From: a virus | Lineage: Duplodnaviria > Heunggongvirae > Uroviricota > Caudoviricetes | DNA: 15,581 nt | Strand: one strand, 5' to 3' | IMG/VR virus record: IMGVR_UViG_2778261646_000020 | In this document: in pieces, positions 8,721 to 15,581 of the stretch | How the letters are laid out: every line of letters begins with the position of its first letter | Position numbering within the stretch: the first letter of the stretch is position 1 | Notes under the pieces: generated by a model | Databases searched by the model: none | Told to the model about the DNA's origin: nothing | What the model saw: the letters and a program-made list of their open reading frames with translations, nothing else | Translations under genes and position numbers: made by a program

Positions 8721-11095
8721 CAGGCATACCCCCGGCGCTGTTGTTGCGCCATTACGTCGTTAATCATTCTTTCCAGTTCGCGTTTACTCATCGTCAACAC
8801 GTTCTGAATCTCTTTAGTGGTGTTTTGTCCGTTTCCCTGCACGGTAATCTGTGGCGAAAAATTTACCTGGACTTTTCCTGAGGAACGGGAGGGTAGCGTC
8901 GCCGGTTTGGTTACGGATTTACCAGGTAAAGAGGCAGATACGGGTTTGGCGGCTGTATTTTTTGCCGCTGGCGCCGATGACGGCGTAGCCGTTTTGCCGG
9001 ATGGCGCGAGTTGTTTGCCCACCGGCGGCGTTAAAATCGCACCGGCAACGCCTGGAACAACGGTCGCGGGGGAGACGGATGCGGTATTAGTCGTGCTTGT
9101 AATAGCTGTAGCCGATCCTTCTGTACTAATACCCATCGTGGTTTTTAGCCAGTCTGGGATGGCGTTTTTTACCTGATCAATAATGCCTTTCAGAGCGGGG
9201 AAGGCATTCATTATGCCGTCAACCAGACTGCCCAGAAGATTGCTGCCGAACTCGCTAAAACTTGCAGGCATCTCGACACCAAACCAATTCATCACACTGG
9301 AAAAGGCGCTATAGAACAACTCCAGCGGTGACCAGTCGAGAATCAACCGACAAATTCCTGCAATGCCGCCGTCAAAGGCCGTGGTGATACGTTGCCAGAT
9401 GGTCGAAAAGAACCTGGAGATAGGCTCCCAGTTGCGACAAATCAGATAAGCAGCGCCCGCAATCGCAGTGATGACCAGACCAATGGGATTCATCAATAAA
9501 ACCCTACCCAACCAGAAGACGGTCTGACCTACCTGTTTCAGTGCGCCAATCAGGCCATGACCAAGCAGTTGCATTAGCCATTTTGCGCTGCCACCCAATG
9601 ACTTAACCGCTGATAGCATCTTACTTGCCCCGCCTGTGAGCGCCAGACTTGCCTTGACTTTCAGGAAGATATCGACCAGACGAATAAACGGCGAGGTGAT
9701 GAGGTTCGCGCCCAGCTTTAAAACATTCAGCGCGCCGTTAAACAGCCAAACCGCCCCGACGATTTTCGCAATGTTTTGCACCAGCGCCGGATGTTCGCGT
9801 AGCCAGGCGCTGAACTGGCGAATAACCGGCGTAAGGCTTTGTGCCAGCTCGCCAATCGCCGGCATAAGCTGCAAACCAATGCTGAGCCATAAATCATTTA
9901 ATGCCAGCTGTAACGCTTTAGTCTGTTCAATGGGCGAGGCCATTTGCGCAGAAAAGTCAGCGTTAATCAGATTCTTGCTGGTGGCTTGCATGGCAGAGGC
10001 TTTTAACTGGCGATATTCCTCCATATTCGCCAGCATAGGTGCCAGGAATTCCACCGTTTGCGCATCGCCGAACATTTCGCCCAGATTAAATTGCGTTACC
10101 ATCAATTGCAGCGCATTGCTGCGAGCAGATAAATCTTCAATCTGCATAGTGCGTTTGAAGGTGTCGAGGATCGCCGGATTCATCTTCTCAAGCTGCATTT
10201 GTACGATATGAGTCATGGCTTCGCTAACACCCATACCGTTTTGCTGATGTTCAAGCAGAGAGCCTTGCAGATCGACGCCCTGGCTGGCGAACCAGCTATC
10301 GGTTTTTTTCGAAAAGGTGGTTTGCAGAAAGTGGTCGAAATTCTCCGCCGCCGCACTGGCGCTGGCCCCGTTTTTCATGGCGATCTGCATGGTGGCGCTC
10401 AGTTCAGCCATACCTTCCAGACCCTGAGCGCCGGTTTTACCTGCAAATTTCTCTATCCACTGCGTTTGTTCAGCAATGACAGGCCCACCGCTTTTGCTAA
10501 TGCCGTACATCATGTTTTGCGCGGCGTGGAAATTTTCCGGGGCAATATTCAGTCGATCATGGGTTGCGAGCGCGGCATTCGCCCATGTTTCAGCACTTTC
10601 GCGCGTGGCGGTGGCAGCTTTGGCGATCTCCGGCATATAACGGTTGAGATCCTGTATCGACGACAAATTGCCTTCGATCAGCGTTTGGGCTGCGTTCTGT
10701 AAGGTGGTCTGCTGCTGGTTAAAATCCATGCTCCAGTCGCGCAGATTAAGGCTGAGCGTCTCGCGGGTTGTAGCATTCATCCCACCTTTGGTCGCCATAT
10801 TGACCATGTTGTCCTGAAACTCATACGGCAACTTCCAGTCGGGGGCTTCAACATTGAATACTTTGCTAAATTGCCCGGCAAATGTTTGGGTTTTCTCCAT
10901 CAGATTAGCGCGGCTGCGGCTATTTTCCTCCAGGCGGAGAGCGGAATCGGCAAGCTGCTGCGTTAGTTTGATAACTGTCGCCTGCTGAGTAGAGAGAGTT
11001 AACAATGTTCTGGCGTTGAGTGAGCCGTAACGGGCTATTGCCTGCGTCAACGTCTCATTACGCGCCTGAAGCTGGGTAATAATATCGTTGGCCAA
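8720..11095 (-). CDS. Tail tape measure protein
   Basis: 791 aa, the largest ORF, located between chaperone and baseplate genes. Alpha-helical N-terminus, central hydrophobic/Gly-rich segments, Pro/Ser/Thr-rich C-terminus. The annotated start is a TTG at 11095-11093, with an in-frame TAA 4 codons upstream and no ATG or GTG in between, so the exact start is uncertain. Confidence 0.85.
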   Translation of the reverse strand: MANDIITQLQARNETLTQAIARYGSLNARTLLTLSTQQATVIKLTQQLADSALRLEENSRSRANLMEKTQTFAGQFSKVFNVEAPDWKLPYEFQDNMVNMATKGGMNATTRETLSLNLRDWSMDFNQQQTTLQNAAQTLIEGNLSSIQDLNRYMPEIAKAATATRESAETWANAALATHDRLNIAPENFHAAQNMMYGISKSGGPVIAEQTQWIEKFAGKTGAQGLEGMAELSATMQIAMKNGASASAAAENFDHFLQTTFSKKTDSWFASQGVDLQGSLLEHQQNGMGVSEAMTHIVQMQLEKMNPAILDTFKRTMQIEDLSARSNALQLMVTQFNLGEMFGDAQTVEFLAPMLANMEEYRQLKASAMQATSKNLINADFSAQMASPIEQTKALQLALNDLWLSIGLQLMPAIGELAQSLTPVIRQFSAWLREHPALVQNIAKIVGAVWLFNGALNVLKLGANLITSPFIRLVDIFLKVKASLALTGGASKMLSAVKSLGGSAKWLMQLLGHGLIGALKQVGQTVFWLGRVLLMNPIGLVITAIAGAAYLICRNWEPISRFFSTIWQRITTAFDGGIAGICRLILDWSPLELFYSAFSSVMNWFGVEMPASFSEFGSNLLGSLVDGIMNAFPALKGIIDQVKNAIPDWLKTTMGISTEGSATAITSTTNTASVSPATVVPGVAGAILTPPVGKQLAPSGKTATPSSAPAAKNTAAKPVSASLPGKSVTKPATLPSRSSGKVQVNFSPQITVQGNGQNTTKEIQNVLTMSKRELERMINDVMAQQQRRGYA

Positions 11096-11185
11096 AATTG
11101 TTTCTCTTTAAATATTGATAATGGCCCGCTGGTTATTTTTCTAAAAAAAGGGGCAGGGAAGAAATAAACCTGACGGGCTTGGGAA

Positions 11186-11210
11186 ACTCGCAGACATCAG
11201 GTCTGCGAGT
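11186..11210 (-). other. Perfect 10-bp stem-loop between chaperone region and tape measure gene
   Basis: actcgcagac (11186-11195) / gtctgcgagt (11201-11210) with 5-nt loop atcag. Contains the stop codon of the alternate-frame chaperone extension. Not followed by a clear U-tract on the transcribed strand. Confidence 0.5.
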
Positions 11211-11284
11211 CATATTCGATTTTTATTTGGGCGCTGGCTTCATCCAGCCAGTTGCTAAAGTCATCGACGGTAAGGGCGTCTATC

Positions 11285-11602
11285 TCACTGGGTGGAAAGC
11301 GAAACCATCTCGCCAGTAACGCCATCGCTTGCCATAACAGTGGCGGATTCTGTAGCCACGCTAAGCATGGATTGAAATCGTTTCTGCAATGCCTGGTAAT
11401 CCAGCAAATCCATTTCAGCTAAATCTTCTGGCACCAGTCCGGTCATTGCCGCCATTAGCGGTTCATCCCACTCTTCAGGTTTTTCGCTGATCCGGCGCGC
11501 GTTGCGCATATCTTTTACTTTCAGGCGACGTAATTGCAGAGTGTTAATTACGTCTCCCGCCGCTGAAGTAAACGGGAACTGTAAGATATAATGTTCTTTC
11601 AT
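11285..11602 (-). CDS. Tail assembly chaperone, P2 gpE-like
   Basis: 105 aa. ATG 11602-11600 with AAGGA upstream. Motif GLVPEDLAEMDLLDYQALQKRF resembles the conserved core of gpE-family tail assembly proteins. Located between tube and tape measure genes. Confidence 0.75.
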   Translation of the reverse strand: MKEHYILQFPFTSAAGDVINTLQLRRLKVKDMRNARRISEKPEEWDEPLMAAMTGLVPEDLAEMDLLDYQALQKRFQSMLSVATESATVMASDGVTGEMVSLSTQ

Positions 11603-11628
11603 TTTGTGTCCTTATTTATTTTGCAAAG

Positions 11629-11648
11629 TTCGGGGCCGTAGCCCCGAA
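11629..11648 (-). other. GC-rich hairpin between tube and chaperone genes
   Basis: 8-bp stem ttcggggc (11629-11636) / gccccgaa (11641-11648), loop cgta. No U-tract follows on the transcribed strand, so it is not called a terminator. Confidence 0.4.
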
Positions 11649-11652
11649 TAAC

Positions 11653-12177
11653 TTAGCCACCGATGTTATTGCGATAGGTACTTAATTGATCCACACCATT
11701 AACCCGGAAAATATTGGCCATATAATCAAGTTCAAGCAGCGTTTCACCATCAACTACTTGTTTAATATAAGTGCAACCAAAGGCGCTGCTGAATTCCGGG
11801 TTTTCATTCTGTTTAAATGTGCCCAGTGGATTCTTTTTAAACATCACGGTTAAATGTGTCACTAGCGCTAATTGATTCGCTTTCCCCTGGGAGTTATAGC
11901 AATCAATACTGGAGCGGCACTGTAATGCAACCGCCTGCCACGGGTTTGCCGTTTTACGCATTACGTCCTGATAGAAGGAGTTCCATTTAATTTCGCCCTC
12001 CAGTTTATCGAAACCCGCCGGGAGTTCGATTTTACCCACCATGCCCAGTGCTTTATGCTCCTGCATAATTAAACTGACATCCGGCAATTTAATTTCGGTT
12101 GCACGACCTAAAAGGTTATTACCATCGAGATAAATATTGGCGTTGGTAATACGGTTAATTTGAATTTTTCCAGCCAT
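11653..12177 (-). CDS. Tail tube protein (P2 FII / Mu M-like)
   Basis: 174 aa. ATG 12177-12175 shares one base with the sheath stop. Size and position immediately downstream of the sheath gene; N-terminus MAGKIQINRITNANIYLDGNNLLG is typical of contractile-tail tube proteins. Confidence 0.85.
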   Translation of the reverse strand: MAGKIQINRITNANIYLDGNNLLGRATEIKLPDVSLIMQEHKALGMVGKIELPAGFDKLEGEIKWNSFYQDVMRKTANPWQAVALQCRSSIDCYNSQGKANQLALVTHLTVMFKKNPLGTFKQNENPEFSSAFGCTYIKQVVDGETLLELDYMANIFRVNGVDQLSTYRNNIGG

Positions 12178-13579
12178 TAGCTATTGCTCTCCAGAGAGAC
12201 TAAATATTCAGAAGTAATTTCAGTTTCAAACGTCAGACGTTCCAGCGGCGGCGGCGGGGTGAATTTATAGCTCAGCAATAAATGCCCAGCGCTGAGTTCA
12301 GTCGGTGAATTTCGCGCCGGATCGTACCAGCATTCAAAGCCAAGCAGTGCGCCGTCGGCAATCAGCTTACGGCCCCAGGTATTTACCGATTCGGTCAGGG
12401 CATCAATCAGCGCCTGATTAATCGGCATATCAATATACTGCTGACTGAAATAACGGATTGACTCATTAATTACATCGCCTGTCCGGCGGACGTTTTCAAA
12501 GTTACGCATATGGGTCACGGTAGGCCACGCTGCAGTGCGGTTGCCCCACAAGCGCAGACCAGAGCCGTAACTATTGAAAATAGTGGTAATGCCGTTTTCG
12601 TTTAGCTGATTCACTTCGCTTTGTGGATCATCAATCATTGCGGAAAGCGAACGTTCAATACCGGTAATACCCTGAATTTCTTGGTTTGAGTTGCTCCACC
12701 AGAAACCTTTTTCGAGGTCTACTTTGGCACGTAGCCCGGCAGCGCGCGAAGAGAGCGGTTCGAGAACTTCTTGGTTAGTGATGCCATCGTAAACTTTGAC
12801 GTGTGGGTAACATAAACGCGCACGATCAGAGCTGGTGTTGAAGTTGATAGCCCCTTGCGAACCGCGTCCTGCCAATACCTGCTGGAATGTCGTCCCAATC
12901 GGGGCATCAATGTAGGTAATCGCACCAAGTTTTTCCGCTTGTGCAATCAGCTCTGTAGTTACTGATTTTTGCGTACAGAACACGGGAGCAAGCAGGATTT
13001 TGGCGTAGAAACCATACAGGTTATAGGTGTCCTGTAGCAGTTTCATCCCCGTGCGATCGCCTGCGGTATTAACGGCACCGATAATATCGGCTGCGGTGAC
13101 CTTTGTAGGGTCGCACCAGGAGGAATGTCGGCTCCTGTACGGGTAATTATGCCTGTTTGTTCATCTACGCTAAATGCTGCGGTGTTATAGGTTGATGAAT
13201 TTGATGAAGAGGGCTTTAGAACCACGTTACGCACATTGCGGTGAGTGAGTTTCGCCTGGTTGTTAGCATCAAAAGTGATACTTTCATTGCTGATGTTGGA
13301 GCCATGTTTTGCCGGATCCAGCACGTTAATCACCACCACCGTACCGGCACCGTGGTCATAAATCGCCTTCAGTGCCTGTGGGATCGTAAAGTTAGTCTGA
13401 GTCGAACCAAACTGCGCAGCATCGCTTTCAGAAAGGCATAATGTTGGTTTATTTACCGGACCACAGGGGGCCGTACCGATTAAAGCGATGACGGCGGATT
13501 TTACCGCTTTAACCGGACGCGGGCCGGTTTCAATTTCAATGGTTTCTACACCGTGCAGATAATTAGCTGCCATGTACAA
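12177..13579 (-). pseudogene. Tail sheath gene interrupted by a frameshift (two ORF fragments 13043..13579 and 12177..13046)
   Basis: N-terminal fragment (MYMAANYLHGVETIEIETGPRPVKAVKSAVIALIG...) matches the sheath N-terminus. The downstream frame, read upstream of its first Met, gives ...KVTAADIIGAVNTAGDRTGMKLLQDTYNLYGFY..., which continues the sheath. The two frames meet near 13105-13125, consistent with a 1-nt deletion (or 2-nt insertion) relative to an intact gene. Confidence 0.75.
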
Positions 13580-13760
13580 TTTCCTCTCCGTTATTTTGTT
13601 CTTCCTGAGTGATGACAGGAGTCAGATGATTGCGGGCAATCATGGTCATGACCCACTCGTTGTCTTCTGGCAGATCAATTTCACTGTTCGGCCACAATAA
13701 GATTTCTTGTCCGTCGGCAAGGGTGACGCCGCTTGCCGGGCCGTTGTAGATGTATTTCAT
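13563..13760 (-). CDS. Small conserved tail-module protein, 65 aa (position of Mu gp38; function unknown)
   Basis: ATG 13760-13758 overlaps the upstream stop (ATGA); 3' end overlaps the sheath start. Assignment is by position and size only. Confidence 0.5.
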   Translation of the reverse strand: MKYIYNGPASGVTLADGQEILLWPNSEIDLPEDNEWVMTMIARNHLTPVITQEEQNNGEEIVHGS

Positions 13761-14212
13761 TCAGTTTCCTCGTAATTAACTTCAGTAAGCAGGGTAAGGT
13801 CCGTGCTTTCCCGTTTCGCGATAAACAGCGAGCTGGTCGCCATTTCCAGGATGTAGCGGCAGAAACCGCCGCTCTCACCTGTATTAATTTCTTTTTCAAG
13901 CCAAAGCAGACGATCGCAATCAGGAAGCTGAAGGCCACCCAATGCGCTGCGTATGTGATCAAGTGCGTTTAACGCGTCACAATTTTTGCCAACAATAACG
14001 GTGGCGGTTAAGCGAAGTATTTGCTGTTGCACGATGGCATCACTGCTTTCGGGCGTGGTAAAGACAGAACCGCTATAATTAACAATCACCGCAACTTGTT
14101 GTGTCTGTGGAATATATTTCTGGGCATCCGTAGATGAAATAAATACGTCCATTTCGGGGTTGTGCTCACGTAATCTTGTCACGACACAATTCATTACAGA
14201 TAAAATTTCCAT
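13757..14212 (-). CDS. Putative tail completion / sheath-proximal protein, 151 aa (position of Mu gp37 or P2 R/S)
   Basis: ATG 14212-14210 with AAGG upstream. First gene after the terminator and intergenic region, translationally coupled to the next gene. Assignment is by position and size. Confidence 0.45.
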   Translation of the reverse strand: MEILSVMNCVVTRLREHNPEMDVFISSTDAQKYIPQTQQVAVIVNYSGSVFTTPESSDAIVQQQILRLTATVIVGKNCDALNALDHIRSALGGLQLPDCDRLLWLEKEINTGESGGFCRYILEMATSSLFIAKRESTDLTLLTEVNYEETE

Positions 14213-14261
14213 ATAGGCTGTACCTTAATTACCGCTCACTTCGTTATCGTTGAGATATATT

Positions 14262-14281
14262 CTGAAGCAGTGAAGGTGAAG
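14262..14281 (-). promoter_or_regulatory. Three closely spaced TGAAG repeats (CTTCA on the transcribed strand) in the lysis-tail intergenic region; candidate regulator site or late promoter region
   Basis: Plus strand TGAAGcagTGAAGgTGAAG at 14263-14281, lying between the terminator hairpin (14328-14354) and the first tail gene start (14212). No convincing sigma-70 -35/-10 pair was found. Confidence 0.3.
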
Positions 14282-14320
14282 AATCTTTTAATGTGATTTA
14301 GAGAAAAAATTGAATGGCTA

Positions 14321-14354
14321 TAAAAAATCCCCACACTTACGTAAAGGTGGGGAT
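14321..14354 (-). terminator. Rho-independent terminator after the lysis-like cassette
   Basis: 7-bp stem tccccac (14328-14334) / gtgggga (14348-14354) with a loop containing the palindrome ttacgtaa, beginning 4 nt after the stop at 14361-14359. On the transcribed strand it is followed by TTTTTTA (14327-14321). Confidence 0.6.
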
Positions 14355-14358
14355 GTAT

Positions 14359-14673
14359 TTAATAACTGCCACGTTGTAATAGCTCGATTTTGCTATATAA
14401 GGCATCCAGCTTTGCTTCTAATACTGCTTGCCCACGAAGATAATCTTCTCTGCGGACATAATGCAGCGGAAGCTCGGCACGAAATTCAAGAAACTCTCTT
14501 TCCAGTTTCGACCAACTTGTTTCTGATTCCCTGCGGGCATTTTCCAGAGACTCAAAACGCTCATTAAGTCGTTTTTCAATTTGTGCTAACAGCAGTTTTC
14601 CGGCAGCAAACATTAATCCAACGAAGGAAAGCATAAGGGAGATCACTTCCCAAAAATCGATACTGAGTTTCAT
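14359..14673 (-). CDS. Membrane-anchored coiled-coil protein, 104 aa; i-spanin-like
   Basis: ATG 14673-14671 with GAGGGG upstream, 12 nt after the transglycosylase stop. N-terminal hydrophobic segment (VISLMLSFVGLMFAAGKLLLA) followed by a charged helical region (EKRLNERFESLENARRESE...). Confidence 0.55.
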   Translation of the reverse strand: MKLSIDFWEVISLMLSFVGLMFAAGKLLLAQIEKRLNERFESLENARRESETSWSKLEREFLEFRAELPLHYVRREDYLRGQAVLEAKLDALYSKIELLQRGSY

Positions 14674-14685
14674 CGGCCCCTCTGA

Positions 14686-15291
14686 TTAATGAAGACAGCT
14701 TGCCTGTCCCCAGAGTAAATAGCGGGCGGCATGTTGATAGAGGATCATCTTTGGATAGCGACGATTTTCTCGCCAGTTCGTGGCGCTGCGCCCGGCGTTG
14801 ACTTGCTCAACATGACCAAACCAGCTAGTGGCATCTAACCCTTTGGATGCAGCCAGTTTTTTATCCCGGTTAACCCACCCCTGACCGCCGTTATAGGCGC
14901 TTAGGGTAAACGCCATACGCTGACAATCATTTTTCGCAGAGATGTTTTTCCACAAATGCTGGTCATATTGCACCAGCGCGCGAATCGCCCAGGTTGGGTT
15001 ATACGGTTTGTTTTCACGCAATTGTGGATACAACTGGCTTATCCATGTCGCTGTAGCAGGCATAAATTGCGCCATACCTTGTGCGCCAACGGGGGAACGT
15101 ACCATTGGCTGCCAGGCGGACTCCTGGTGTAATTGCCCGGCAAAGTCGGCCACTGGAGCATTCAGCCCCCAGACTTCTCGAGCTGTACGAATTAGTTCGT
15201 TTCGCCATGCCAGAGAGGCTCGCGGCGGTTCAGAGGCGTTAAGCGGGAAAAGAACGAAAATAATCATAGACGCGATATATTTCAGCCACAT
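14686..15291 (-). CDS. SLT-domain lytic transglycosylase with N-terminal signal peptide (endolysin-like)
   Basis: Start taken at ATG 15291-15289 (MWLKYIASMIIFVLFPLNA...), 2 nt after the upstream stop; the longer ORF from 15369 overlaps the upstream gene. Contains a catalytic-type Glu-Ser (LHQESAWQP) and the AQGMAQFMPATA motif characteristic of the soluble lytic transglycosylase fold. Confidence 0.8.
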   Translation of the reverse strand: MWLKYIASMIIFVLFPLNASEPPRASLAWRNELIRTAREVWGLNAPVADFAGQLHQESAWQPMVRSPVGAQGMAQFMPATATWISQLYPQLRENKPYNPTWAIRALVQYDQHLWKNISAKNDCQRMAFTLSAYNGGQGWVNRDKKLAASKGLDATSWFGHVEQVNAGRSATNWRENRRYPKMILYQHAARYLLWGQASCLH

Positions 15292-15293
15292 CA

Positions 15294-15581
15294 CTATAGC
15301 CCTAAGGCGACGGAAAGACAGACGGCGGCAACGATGATGGCGCGGCGAATCATTGCCGCCGCGCAGCAACGAGGTTCCTTCCAGGGGCTAAAAGAGTCAG
15401 GCCGTGCCCAGGGGAACAAACTGCGATCGAGCCAGTATCCCAGCACCGCGGAAAGCGAAACCAGGCTTAGTTTATAAATGACGACCGGGATCTGTGCGGA
15501 AGAGGTCCAGCCGATCACGACAAACAGCGCGGCGGAATCGACTAGCCAGCCGGAAAGCCGGGGAAAAGTGACTTTTTTCAT
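15294..15581 (-). CDS. Small membrane protein, 95 aa; possible holin
   Basis: ATG is the last three bases of the window (15581-15579), so the start is at the edge and a longer N-terminus cannot be excluded. Two to three hydrophobic segments; lies immediately upstream of, and is translationally coupled to, the lytic transglycosylase. The hydrophobic C-terminus is atypical for classical holins. Confidence 0.4.
   Translation of the reverse strand: MKKVTFPRLSGWLVDSAALFVVIGWTSSAQIPVVIYKLSLVSLSAVLGYWLDRSLFPWARPDSFSPWKEPRCCAAAMIRRAIIVAAVCLSVALGL

Noticed and set aside
8817-10702. Plus-strand ORFs 8817..9176, 9636..10211 and 10199..10702 (119-191 aa)
   Set aside because: They lie entirely antisense within the tape measure gene, have low-complexity or Cys/Arg-rich composition and no ribosome-binding context. 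Treated as shadow ORFs.
5794-11210. Shared atcag loop in the two hairpins at 5794-5813 and 11186-11210 as a repeated regulatory motif
   Set aside because: Only 4-5 nt are shared and the stems are unrelated, so this is too short to distinguish from chance.
11285-11370. Canonical -1 frameshift extension of the gpE-like chaperone
   Set aside because: The -1 frame has a stop at about 11364-11362 and another 2 codons past the E stop, so a -1 shift cannot give an extended product. Only the +1 frame is open.
11629-11648. Hairpin between tube and chaperone genes as a terminator
   Set aside because: The stem is followed on the transcribed strand by CTTTGCAAAATAAATAAGG rather than a U-tract, so it is more likely a stability or processing structure.
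12719-13962. Minus-strand ORFs 12719..12946 and 13681..13962, plus-strand ORFs 13241..13441 and 13733..13972
   Set aside because: They overlap the sheath fragments or the two small tail genes in alternative frames or antisense, with basic low-complexity composition. Treated as non-coding overlaps.
14359-14673. Embedded o-spanin (Rz1-like lipoprotein) inside the i-spanin-like gene
   Set aside because: Translating the two other frames on the minus strand gave only short stop-interrupted peptides with no signal peptide or lipobox Cys.
1-15581. CRISPR array, tRNA or rRNA genes, integrase or attachment-site repeats, DNA invertase beside the fibre
   Set aside because: No regularly spaced short direct repeats, no cloverleaf-like candidates noticed, and no ORF with recombinase-like features. 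Element boundaries therefore cannot be defined within this window.

Overview
The window is dominated by one tightly packed minus-strand operon (about 807..15581) encoding a contractile phage tail and an adjacent lysis-like cassette. Reading in the direction of transcription (high to low coordinates): a small membrane protein (holin-like), a Sec-signal SLT-domain lytic transglycosylase, a membrane-anchored coiled-coil protein (i-spanin-like), an intrinsic terminator, then two small tail-completion-like genes, tail sheath (interrupted by a frameshift), tail tube, gpE-like chaperone, tape measure, a gpU-like protein with a long C-terminal extension, gpX (LysM-like), gpD hub, gpV spike, gpW, gpJ, gpI, a mosaic tail fibre, a tail fibre assembly chaperone, and a translationally coupled 151-aa cargo gene. 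The order (sheath, tube, chaperone, tape measure, baseplate, fibre) resembles the phage Mu tail module, while the baseplate proteins look like the P2 gpU/X/D/V/W/J/I family. No capsid, portal, terminase, integrase or replication gene is visible in the 15.5 kb, so this is either the tail half of a Mu/P2-type prophage (possibly degraded) or an R-type tailocin-like element; the flanks are needed to decide. At the left edge a convergent plus-strand gene encodes a pol-beta-type nucleotidyltransferase-fold protein, ending in a hairpin terminator. All family assignments come from reading the translated ORFs from memory of these families; no database search was run. Plus-strand ORFs inside the tail genes are treated as antisense shadow ORFs.
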